Counted from the stretch's first letter, positions 20,980-29,679 are shown. The stretch is DNA of 64,000 nucleotides from Geopsychrobacteraceae bacterium (GCA_963662315.1 OY759353.1:2176001-2240000); one strand, 5' to 3'. The notes: generated by a model from the letters alone, not told the origin. Translations and numbers: made by a program.

Positions 20980-22135
20980 CAATAAAATGATGGCCGTGAG
21001 CGTTATCCTGCTTGTTTTCTGCTTATCTAGCTGCGACAAATCAGACACTGTAGGCACAGCTGAATCCTCCCCGCAGCAGAACGTCAGCAGCAGTTCCGAA
21101 GAAACAAGACCAAACTACAACGACATAACTCAATCAACCACTAATGGTCAGAGTATCCAATACTATTCGGCACCGTTCCCATTGGAAAACCTTTCTCTTG
21201 AAGAACTACGGACAAAGGTCACCGGAAAGGATGCTGCCGCCATGGCAGAGTTGGGCCGACGCTATGCCAGAGGAATTGGTGTAACAAGAAACCTTGCTAA
21301 AGCAAAAAAACTCTATATCCAGGCGGCAGAAGCAGGTGATAGGATCGCGCAAAACGAACTGGCCGGTGCTTATGATTATGGCTTGCTTGATGTGACTGAT
21401 CATGAGAAGGCGGTTTATTGGTATCGTAAGGCTGCGGAACAGGGGTTTGCTCCTGCTCAGTTTAATTTAGCGGTAGCTTATGCTAACGGGAAAGGGGTTA
21501 ATCTTGATTTTCAAATATCCCATGAGTGGTATTTGAAGGCTGCGGAAAATAATTTCCCACCCGCACAGGATGCTGTAGCTCGTCAATTGGAGGTCGGCCG
21601 AGGAGTGAAAAAAGATGTTAAAATGGCCTTAAAATATTATGCGATGGCGGCTGAGAATAATTATCCTCCTGCACAATTTAATCTAGCTGTAATCTACTCG
21701 CTTGGAAAAGATGTTCAAAAAGATGAGAAAGCTGCGGTAGTACTTTACAAAAAGTCTGCAACGGCTGGTTTTATCAGCGCCCAAAACAATCTTGGAGTTT
21801 GCTATCTTTTTGGAGAAGGAGTGCCAGTTGATTATTCAAAAGCCTTTTATTGGTTCGACCTCGCAGCCAAACAAGCAGATCCAGACGCCGTTTTTAATTT
21901 AGGGCAAATGTATCAAAATGGTGCACACATAGAAAAAAGCTTAACTAAGGGATATGCTTTGTATTCTATTGCTAGAAGTATTATCCAAACTTTACCAGAA
22001 AAAACATCTTCAGTAACCGAGGCCGACATTCTCGATTCCATCACCACTCTCAAAGCTCAAATGAGCGCTGCAGAAATCGCCGCTGGCGAAGCTGAAATTC
22101 CCAAGGTTATGCAAGAATATGACATTGTTCTTTAG
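20963..22135 (+). CDS. Sel1-repeat lipoprotein, type B copy 3
   Basis: Lipobox LSSC, seven Sel1 repeats, patchwork identity to B1 and B2. Confidence 0.88.
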   Translation: MALFFSNKMMAVSVILLVFCLSSCDKSDTVGTAESSPQQNVSSSSEETRPNYNDITQSTTNGQSIQYYSAPFPLENLSLEELRTKVTGKDAAAMAELGRRYARGIGVTRNLAKAKKLYIQAAEAGDRIAQNELAGAYDYGLLDVTDHEKAVYWYRKAAEQGFAPAQFNLAVAYANGKGVNLDFQISHEWYLKAAENNFPPAQDAVARQLEVGRGVKKDVKMALKYYAMAAENNYPPAQFNLAVIYSLGKDVQKDEKAAVVLYKKSATAGFISAQNNLGVCYLFGEGVPVDYSKAFYWFDLAAKQADPDAVFNLGQMYQNGAHIEKSLTKGYALYSIARSIIQTLPEKTSSVTEADILDSITTLKAQMSAAEIAAGEAEIPKVMQEYDIVL

Positions 22136-23203
22136 CAATAAAATGATGGCCGTGAGCGTTATCCTGCTTGTTTTCTGCTTATCTAGCTGCGACTCATCAT
22201 CGGATGCAGTGGTACAAGAAACTTCAACTTCATCTGCAACTGTCCCAGCGACCCAGTCATGGACAGGACAAACAACTAATGGAATCGACTTATATAATAT
22301 TCCCCCAAAACTGGGATCACTGCCTCTTGTCGAACTCCAGCAACGTGCAGAACAGAAAGACCCTGCAGCGTTGTATGAGCTGGGGCGTCGCTATGGCAGT
22401 GGTGAAGGAATTAGCCGCAACCCACAAAAGGCCAAACAGTTGCTTTTTGAAGCAGCGGAAACAGGTGATGTCGATGCCCAGAGCGAGCTAGGAATAGCTT
22501 ACAATCAGGGGGTATTTGGAGAAGTCGATCTCGAAAAGGGATTTAAATGGACGCAAAAAGCAGCACAGCAAGGCCATCCTGTCGCACAATACAATCTTGC
22601 GGATATGTATGAAAAAGGAGAAGGCTGTCAGCAAAGCTACAAGGAGGCGTTCAAGTGGTTAATGCAATCAGCAAATAAGCAATTTGTCCCTGCTTTTGCT
22701 GAAATAGGTACATATTATTTCAATGGCTATGGACACACCACAGATATTAATGAGGCTGTAAAATGGTTCCAGCGGGGTGCGCTTGCTGATGATGCTAAAG
22801 CACAATACAATCTTGGATACTGTTACTCCCACGGGGAAGGGCTGCCTGCTGATTATGATAAAGCAATAGAATGGTACACCAAATCAGCAGAGAAACATTA
22901 TCCAGAAGCTATTTATAACTTAGGAATAATATATCTCTATGGCAAAATAGCACCAAAAGACTATAAACGTGCCTTAGAATACTTCCAGTTGTGCGCGAAC
23001 ATGGGACAGGAGGATTGTCAAGTTAATCTTGGAATAATGAATGTTTTAGCTATAGGAACAGAAAATAATAACAAGCTGGCCTATAATGTTTTTCAATCTG
23101 CTGCCCAAAATGGTTCTTCAAAATATGATGCCATTTTCAATCTTGGACAAATGTATGAAAATGGCCTTTATGTCAATAAAAGCTTAATTAAGGCATACGC
23201 CTA

Positions 23204-24501
23204 GAGGGTGTTCAGGATTCTGTGTCAGGCTCATAGACTGAGATGTTTTTCCAGCCGACCCGGAAAATGGATGGTCAGCTGAGCCAGCGTCAGATTCCAG
23301 TTCTGAATCGGATGTGTCCAACGCTCGGAGGCCTTGAGTATGCCAGCGTAAAGCAGCTTCAGCAAGCTGTTTTCATTGGCGAAGCCACCCTTTGTCTTGG
23401 TCAGTTTGCGGAACTGTCGGTGAACCGCCTCCACAGCATTGGTGGTATAGATGGCTGTCCGGACGTAATCGGGGTACTTGAAATAGTTGGATAAGGTCGG
23501 CCATTTACTGCGCCAAGACTTAATGACCATGGGATACTTCTCACCCCATTTCGATTCCAAGTCGTCCAAAGCCAGCTCCGCTGCGTTGAGGGTCGCTGCC
23601 TTGTAGACACACTTCAGATCAGCCATGAAGGCCTTTTGATTCTTTGAGGCTACATACTTGATCGAATTGCGAATCTGGTGGATGACGCAGTGCTGGATTT
23701 CAGTATTCGGATAGATGCTTTCGATAGCTTCGGGGAAACCCTTGAGGCCATCGACACATGCGATCAAAATGTCCTGTACCCCGCGGTTATGCAGATCGGT
23801 AAGAACGCTTAACCAGTGGTGTGCCCCTTCATTGTCGGAGAGATAGAGTCCGAGAAGCTCTTTCTTGCCTTCGATGTTCAGGCCCAGGATGGTGTAGATC
23901 GCCTTACCGATATAACGGCCGTTTTCCTTGACCTTGTAGTGGATAGCGTCCAGCCAGAGGATCGGATAAATCGCTTCAAGATCGCGCTCTCGCCAGGCTT
24001 GCAGGTCCGGCAAGAGCTTGTCGGTTACGGCGTTAATTGTGCCGTTGGAAACGGAAATTCCATACATGTCGGAGACATGTTGCCGAATATCCTGATAGCT
24101 CGTACCAAGAGCAAACAGGGCAATGATTTTCCGCTCCAACTCATCGGTAAGCTGAGTCTGATTTTTTTTAACCAGCTGAGGCTCAAAGGTATTGGCGCGA
24201 TCACGCGGAGTATCAAGAATAAAACTGTCCGAGAGGGACTTGACTGTTTTTGACGTTTTACCGTTTTTGCGATTCGGGCCTTCCTCATTGGCCAAGTGCT
24301 CATCAAGTTCGGCCTGTATGGCGGCTTCTGTAAGCTGCTTGATCAGCGGAGTGAGAATCCCGTCTTTGCCGTTGAGATCCTTGCCTTCACGCAAGGCCGC
24401 AAGAGCAGCGTCTAGATCGAAGGTGATTTTGGGTTGAGTCATGTGTCATTCCTTTGGTTGTGATGATAGTAACGAATTGACACAGAATTTTGAACACTAC
24501 C
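23204..24501 (-). mobile_element. IS256-family insertion sequence, 1298 bp
   Basis: Imperfect 24-bp terminal IRs (gagggtgttcaggattctgtgtca versus rc ggtagtgttcaaaattctgtgtca, 19/24). 8-bp TSD tacgccta at 23196-23203 and 24502-24509. Confidence 0.95.
23231..24442 (-). CDS. IS256-family (Mutator-type) DDE transposase
   Basis: PRDR..FEP, WLDAIHYKVK, DGLKGF, QHCVIHQIRNS and IYTTNAVE motifs. Confidence 0.95.
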   Translation of the reverse strand: MTQPKITFDLDAALAALREGKDLNGKDGILTPLIKQLTEAAIQAELDEHLANEEGPNRKNGKTSKTVKSLSDSFILDTPRDRANTFEPQLVKKNQTQLTDELERKIIALFALGTSYQDIRQHVSDMYGISVSNGTINAVTDKLLPDLQAWRERDLEAIYPILWLDAIHYKVKENGRYIGKAIYTILGLNIEGKKELLGLYLSDNEGAHHWLSVLTDLHNRGVQDILIACVDGLKGFPEAIESIYPNTEIQHCVIHQIRNSIKYVASKNQKAFMADLKCVYKAATLNAAELALDDLESKWGEKYPMVIKSWRSKWPTLSNYFKYPDYVRTAIYTTNAVEAVHRQFRKLTKTKGGFANENSLLKLLYAGILKASERWTHPIQNWNLTLAQLTIHFPGRLEKHLSL

Positions 24502-24941
24502 TACGCCTATTATCAAACCTCACTAAAAATTTTGCGACTTAAGCCCACTGAATCTTCTGCATTAACTGAATCCGAACTACTCGATTCCATCACCACCCTC
24601 AAAGCTCAAATGACTACAGCAGAAATCGCCGCTGGCGAAGCTGAAATTTCTAAGGTGATGCAGGAGTATGGGATTGTGCTTTAGTCCGCTAAGACTGCAT
24701 AAAATGTTAGACAAGGCCCTAAAATCGCCAAAATGTTATAACAACAGGTCGGTCTTTATATGCCTGTAACTACTTCGTCTAAAACCGCTTTGCTTTTACT
24801 CGAAGGTAATTTAGCCAGCGGTGCTGAGTCGACAAGACGAAGCTTAACCGGAAGATGAAAGCCTGTTTTTTCCTGTTACCTTTCAAACAACATAAGAATC
24901 ATCTAACAATAAAAATCTAAACAATCAGCTTTGGAAGTGAA

Positions 24942-27656
24942 ATGCGCAATCTTACTATTACAATCAGTGTTGTCATCCTGACTTTCTTTTCTCTCTTGCT
25001 CTGCAGTTGCGAAAACTGGGGAGAGAGTATCAGAAAAGTCCCAAACACCTTAGCCTTTACCATCAGTTATAGTTCAGAAATTGCTCATTTTGATGAATAC
25101 AAAAATGAGCTTTTCCATCTATTGACACTTGATGATGGTGACATAAAAAACATCAACCTCAGTGAGGACAGAAAAACTTTAAGTATTGGAATTTACTGTC
25201 GAAACAAGCATGTTGCCAAGGATATGAAGGAACATTTCACAAAGTTTCCGGACTTATTTTCAAAAATTTATCATGACAATAAAAAAATCTTTAAAAACGA
25301 AATGTTAATAATTTCCGGGGCCCTGAAAGGTCAGACTGTCTCTTATAAAGATCGTGTTTACAACACTTCGAAGGCAAAAATATTCATTGAGCAAGAGAAC
25401 GAAAAAGTACAAGGGATTTATCAAAATTTCTATTCTAAGACATTATTTATTCCCGCAGAGGAGTCAAACCAGGACCTTGTTAAGCTCAAAGATCCGGTCA
25501 TCTGCTTTAGTGAAGGTTCTTATCTCAAAAAGTACCATGACAGTATAAAGTTTGATAAGAATGGCAACATCACAATTCCACTAGACAGGACAGCACACAG
25601 CCATGAGTTTGATATAGACAAATTTGGAAGGTCTTACAATACAGCTCTTGAGGCTTTTCTGTCCTATCAAAATATTTTTACCGATATTGAATCCTTTTCT
25701 ATAGCGGGTATGTTGACCAGCAAATCAACATTTCACCCTGATGGTTCAGTGAAAACTGTCAATAACTTCAGCACAAATAAGCCACATATCACGACTGAAG
25801 ATACGCCCCTTAATACATCTCCAGACCATTTGGGTGCAAGGGCACGCCTGACATATTTCCCAACACTCTCGAACGTTATTGCTACAGCAGCAATGGGTAA
25901 TGTATCCAACGCAAAAATGGGCGTTCCTGGATCACTGATTATCAGCCCCAACTTGCTGAACGTCGGCTTTCTAAAGGCAAGAAAATTATCACGCTACTCT
26001 GAGGAAGTCGATTTGGGACTGACACTGAACAACAAAGACTATTCTTTCCATCATGCGGACAGCTACTTAGATCCTGTGTTCAGTCCCGACAGCCGAAAAG
26101 CAGCTTACGCCCTGGGCACGGCTAATGGCATGTATATTGTCACTCAAGCAGGCTTTCAATCCATTCCCTACGAGGAAATTTTTGGCATCTATTTCAGTCA
26201 CGATGCCAGCACGCTTGCTTTTATTGCTAAAAAATCCAGCGGATTAACCCTTGTCACTAACAACCGTGAAAGCAAGCATTTGTTCGATGACATCATGACC
26301 CCGTTTTTTTCTGATGATGACAGTCTCCTGGCCTTTGCTGGCAAGCTCAATGAGCAATGGGCTTTATACATCAATGGGGAACAGAAAGGTCAACCATATA
26401 GGCAGATTCACAATTATACTTTTCTTCCGAACAGCCATAAACTTGTCCTCTTTGCAGATGGAACAGCCTATCTGGATGACAAAATTTTACCAGGTCTTAA
26501 AGGTATGACTTTTTCATCATTTAGTGCATTGCAAACAAGTAAAGATGGTGAACATTTGGCCTTTATGGCTATAAAAGAAAAGAGCAACTATCTTTACTAT
26601 GATGGAAAACTCACAAAAATTCGTGGCGAAATTATAGATTCTCTTTCCCTGTCTGATGATGGCCTTCACCTTGCGTACGGTTCAAAAGTTGATGATTCGT
26701 TTTTTTATACCATTGATGGCCAACAGTTTGGGCCCTATGAAGCACTGAAATATCAAGGATTCAACTTCAGTCCTGACAGTCAGCATTTTGCATTTAACGC
26801 TATTATTAGCGGCGCTTGGGTGAGCGTTATCGACGGTACAGTTGGCCCATCTTACGCTGAAATGCCTCATGGTGGTCCAATGTTTAGCCCTGACAGTCAG
26901 CACATCGTCTATTTTGGCAAAAAAGATGGTTCATGGTGCATTATCAAGGATGCTCAGGAATTTTTCATATCGGAAAAACCTTTCTCTACCGGATCTAAAA
27001 TCCTGCGCTTTGATGACCGTGAGAATTTTCACTATATTTCTCGGTATGATAAAGACATCTTTCTTAATAGAAGCGCTTTTCACTATATCAGACCCACCCG
27101 TCTTGATCGGTTCGACAGTCTGTTGACAGATCCCATAAAAAGCTTGCCGGAATTTTTTAGATTATATGTGACCGCTGCGACCGGTCCAGATGCCTGGGGG
27201 CATTACTGTATTGCAATGATGTATTTTTCAGGAGATCCCGTTCCACAAGACTACCCGGAAGCCTATAGCCATCTTGAGAAAGCGATGAAGCAAGAACTCC
27301 CCATAGCACTGGCAAAACGGGGGAATATGTATCTGACAGGTGATTATTCAACAATTGATTATGAGCGGGCCTATCAAATATCAATGCCTGCGGCAAAGAG
27401 GGGCAATCCTGAAGCTATTTTCAATATTGGTCAACTTTATCAACACGGTGGCCGGGTTAAGCAGGATAAACCACTGGCCTATGCTCACTATCAAATCTAT
27501 CTGGAAATACTGAACAGCCTTTCCATTGAAGATGCGCTTGTTGATAAATACACTCAACTACTCGCTGCACAGTTGAGCGCCGAAGAGCACAAGAAGGCTC
27601 TGAGCCACATTCCTCGTTTAAAAGAAAAATACTCAGTGGGGAAAAACAACGACTAA
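24942..27656 (+). CDS. Large lipoprotein with PD40/TolB-like beta-propeller repeats and C-terminal Sel1 repeats
   Basis: Lipobox LLCSC, repeated FSPDS/FSDD/SKDG blades, three Sel1-like repeats and a cap resembling the array proteins. Confidence 0.7.
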   Translation: MRNLTITISVVILTFFSLLLCSCENWGESIRKVPNTLAFTISYSSEIAHFDEYKNELFHLLTLDDGDIKNINLSEDRKTLSIGIYCRNKHVAKDMKEHFTKFPDLFSKIYHDNKKIFKNEMLIISGALKGQTVSYKDRVYNTSKAKIFIEQENEKVQGIYQNFYSKTLFIPAEESNQDLVKLKDPVICFSEGSYLKKYHDSIKFDKNGNITIPLDRTAHSHEFDIDKFGRSYNTALEAFLSYQNIFTDIESFSIAGMLTSKSTFHPDGSVKTVNNFSTNKPHITTEDTPLNTSPDHLGARARLTYFPTLSNVIATAAMGNVSNAKMGVPGSLIISPNLLNVGFLKARKLSRYSEEVDLGLTLNNKDYSFHHADSYLDPVFSPDSRKAAYALGTANGMYIVTQAGFQSIPYEEIFGIYFSHDASTLAFIAKKSSGLTLVTNNRESKHLFDDIMTPFFSDDDSLLAFAGKLNEQWALYINGEQKGQPYRQIHNYTFLPNSHKLVLFADGTAYLDDKILPGLKGMTFSSFSALQTSKDGEHLAFMAIKEKSNYLYYDGKLTKIRGEIIDSLSLSDDGLHLAYGSKVDDSFFYTIDGQQFGPYEALKYQGFNFSPDSQHFAFNAIISGAWVSVIDGTVGPSYAEMPHGGPMFSPDSQHIVYFGKKDGSWCIIKDAQEFFISEKPFSTGSKILRFDDRENFHYISRYDKDIFLNRSAFHYIRPTRLDRFDSLLTDPIKSLPEFFRLYVTAATGPDAWGHYCIAMMYFSGDPVPQDYPEAYSHLEKAMKQELPIALAKRGNMYLTGDYSTIDYERAYQISMPAAKRGNPEAIFNIGQLYQHGGRVKQDKPLAYAHYQIYLEILNSLSIEDALVDKYTQLLAAQLSAEEHKKALSHIPRLKEKYSVGKNND

Positions 27657-27818
27657 ACCAAGAGAGAGTGAGCCGCTCATTAAATAGCGGCACAATAGGT
27701 CCTTTTCAGAAGTTTGCAAGAAAATGCCACTATACTTCCAAGGGTTAAAACAATGAACAACTGCTATAGGCTAGTTAGTGTCCATCCGGAAACTCAAAAC
27801 AGTAACGACCAAGTTTTC

Positions 27819-27849
27819 AGATTGGAAACGAGCAATTTTTCGTTGTGGC
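27819..27849 (+). repeat. 31-bp dispersed repeat, copy 2, possibly part of a REP/MITE-like remnant starting about 27771
   Basis: 30/31 identical to 7536-7566; preceded by ctagttagtgtccatccggaaactc. Confidence 0.7.
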
Positions 27850-27885
27850 AAGGAAATTAGTGCGAGTTGGCGAGTTGAGGGTCGG

Positions 27886-27990
27886 ACCAAGATAACAACT
27901 TGATATCACTGAATTTTGATCAAAATAAAGGGGTATTTTCAGTCTTAAACACCCCTTTATGACCATAAAATCATGCCCGTAACCATGGAG
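27886..27990 (+). repeat. 105-bp direct repeat copy 1 with internal hairpin
   Basis: About 85-90% identical by eye to 28513-28617. Contains aaaggggtattt..aaacaccccttt and ends in ccatggag. Confidence 0.9.
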
Positions 27991-28001
27991 GATAAATCTT
28001 A

Positions 28002-28493
28002 ATGTGTTTTCAACGACTTAAAACAGAACTGATCAATTTTGTATTAATGCGTGGCAGAGTAAGTTTGACACAATATTTACGCTTTATGGCAGCAATTATT
28101 GTTTTCTCAATCGCATTTATATATTTCTCTCCAAGTGGTGATAATGGCTTTTTAATGTTGCTATTCTGGCTACCCCTATGCTGGATCATTGTTCCATTCT
28201 CTATCACCATAAGACGTTTTCATGATGTTGGTTTGAGTGGCAAATCGGTCATAGTCACCACCTTCATATTGATTGCTTTGTTTTTAATTCTCTGCGGCTT
28301 TCTCTATCTATTTGCTGGGGTTGCTTCCGTTGGTGGAAGAACAACTTTTCCTGAATGGATTTTTCCGGTTTTTGGGATAACCATTCTTGGTTTTATTGGC
28401 ATTCTTTTTCGCAATACAATTATCTGCTTAACCCCTGGCCAAGAGGGACAAAATGCTTATGGTCTACCGCCAGGGAATAGTTCAAACCAGTAG
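28002..28493 (+). CDS. DUF805 family membrane protein
   Basis: GRVS..Y, ITIRRFHDVGLSG and PGQEGQNAYG motifs. Confidence 0.85.
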   Translation: MCFQRLKTELINFVLMRGRVSLTQYLRFMAAIIVFSIAFIYFSPSGDNGFLMLLFWLPLCWIIVPFSITIRRFHDVGLSGKSVIVTTFILIALFLILCGFLYLFAGVASVGGRTTFPEWIFPVFGITILGFIGILFRNTIICLTPGQEGQNAYGLPPGNSSNQ

Positions 28494-28512
28494 AGGCTAC
28501 AAAAGGGATCAA

Positions 28513-28617
28513 ACCAAGATAACAATTTGATATCACTGAATTTCAATCTAAACAAAGGGGTATTTTCAGCCTTAAATACCCCTTTTGACTATAAGAATCA
28601 CCCTCGTAACCATGGAG
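28513..28617 (+). repeat. 105-bp direct repeat copy 2 with perfect 12-bp stem
   Basis: aaaggggtattt-tcagcctt-aaataccccttt hairpin, followed directly by a transposase remnant. Confidence 0.9.
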
Positions 28618-28626
28618 AGGGACACC

Positions 28627-28745
28627 ATGCCACGTGCTCATCGTCATTTCTTGCCAAGTTATGGCTGGCAGATTCCCCAGCGTTGCCATAAACATTTTTT
28701 TTGCTGAAGCTTTCCCGGGATCACCATAAGCATTTCGGCCGGCGA
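28627..28745 (+). pseudogene. 5' remnant of a Y1/RAYT-type (IS200-like) tyrosine transposase
   Basis: Translates as MPRAHRHFLPSYGWQIPQRCHKHF, then frameshifts in a T run to LLKLSRD. This resembles the N-terminus of deltaproteobacterial Y1 transposases (MPRANRHFLPG.VWHITHRCH..EFLLKF.RD), recalled from memory. Confidence 0.65.
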
Positions 28746-28746
28746 T

Positions 28747-29217
28747 TTACAGTTTCCGGCCGAGTCTTTTTTCGATCTGCTTCTTCTCCCATTTCGGGCC
28801 GAACAGATTGAAGACTTCGAAGACATTGAGACCATGAGAAATAATACCGATGCCCCAGCCCAGTGCTACCCACCAAACCCAGAGATAACCGGGATTGGTC
28901 AAGAAGTTGATGATGAACAGCAGAATAATCACAACCAAATACTTTATCAGGTGTGAATAAAAACCTTTGATGTCACGCACCTGCTCAATCACCTTCTGTT
29001 CCGTTTCAGTTTGTTCACGGGTTGTCGTTGTCATGGTGTTCTCCTGTTGTAATTCATTCAGGTCGATTTCAAATACCGCCGCCAGACACTTCAGCGTTTC
29101 CAACGAGGGTGTTTGTCCACGCTCAAGTCGCTGAATGGTTCTGACGCTTAGCTCGCTTAGTTGAGCCAACTGTTCTTGTGACCAGCCTTTTTTCAATCTT
29201 AATTTTCTGAGTTGCAT
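28747..29217 (-). CDS. XRE-family HTH regulator fused to a 2TM domain
   Basis: LRLKKGWSQEQLAQLSELSVRTIQRLERG HTH and GFYSHL..WGIGIISHG..WEKKQIEK 2TM domain. Confidence 0.85.
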   Translation of the reverse strand: MQLRKLRLKKGWSQEQLAQLSELSVRTIQRLERGQTPSLETLKCLAAVFEIDLNELQQENTMTTTTREQTETEQKVIEQVRDIKGFYSHLIKYLVVIILLFIINFLTNPGYLWVWWVALGWGIGIISHGLNVFEVFNLFGPKWEKKQIEKRLGRKL

Positions 29218-29679
29218 ACCAAGCCTCGTTGTTTTTGAATCGACATTAGCAAGAATCCTCAATGGAGGTAACGACAGGAAGGCGACAGTCGCCTGACAGG
29301 AGCATGTCATAATCGCTTATCTTCTGTGATATGATCCGTCAGAGTCAAACCTTTCCGTTTGGCGGGGTCGGGCAGCTGGTAGGAAAAATAACCAGAAACG
29401 CTGTTGCCAAGGTATAAGCACCTTTCTGGTCTGACAAATAGAAATAAAGAAGCTCCTTCTTTCCTTCGATTTGCAAGCCCAGGATGGTGGAGATCGCCTT
29501 GCGGGTCTAGCGACCGTCCATTATCTTATCGTGGACGGTCGCTAGAGGATCGGATAAATGAGTACAAGATCACGTTCCCGCCAGGCCTGCCAGGGACGAG
29601 TCAGTCAGTAACAGCATTATTATTAGTGCTGTTGGACACAGAATTTAGAACACACTGCCCCTCCTTTTCTGAGCTAAAA

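Larger units (their letters stand above)
17320..22193 (+). repeat. Five 163-bp junction direct repeats (17320-17482, 18476-18638, 19719-19881, 20875-21037, 22031-22193) plus a partial copy at 24580-24684
   Basis: Near-identical DNA from ctcgattccatcaccaccctcaaagc to tctagctgcgac, spaced 1156 or 1243 bp apart. Confidence 0.92.
22119..24684 (+). pseudogene. Sel1-repeat lipoprotein, type A copy 3, interrupted by IS256
   Basis: Removing 23204-24501 and one 8-bp TSD restores a 1260-bp frame, the same length as A2. Its KAYAYYQTSLKILRLKP segment matches A1. Confidence 0.92.

Noticed and set aside
16168..24684. CRISPR array, diversity-generating retroelement or shufflon as the explanation for the repeats
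   Set aside because: The repeats are long and protein-coding. No cas, reverse transcriptase or site-specific recombinase is present, differences are not adenine-specific, and all copies share one orientation.
24490..24684. 64-aa ORF from the track as an independent gene
   Set aside because: It is the severed 3' end of paralog A3, with its start codon borrowed from the IS end.
24700..24910. Possible integron cassette (gttagac at about 24706, atctaac at 24901)
   Set aside because: No attC-like dyad follows the RYYYAAC and no integrase is present; such 7-mers are expected by chance.
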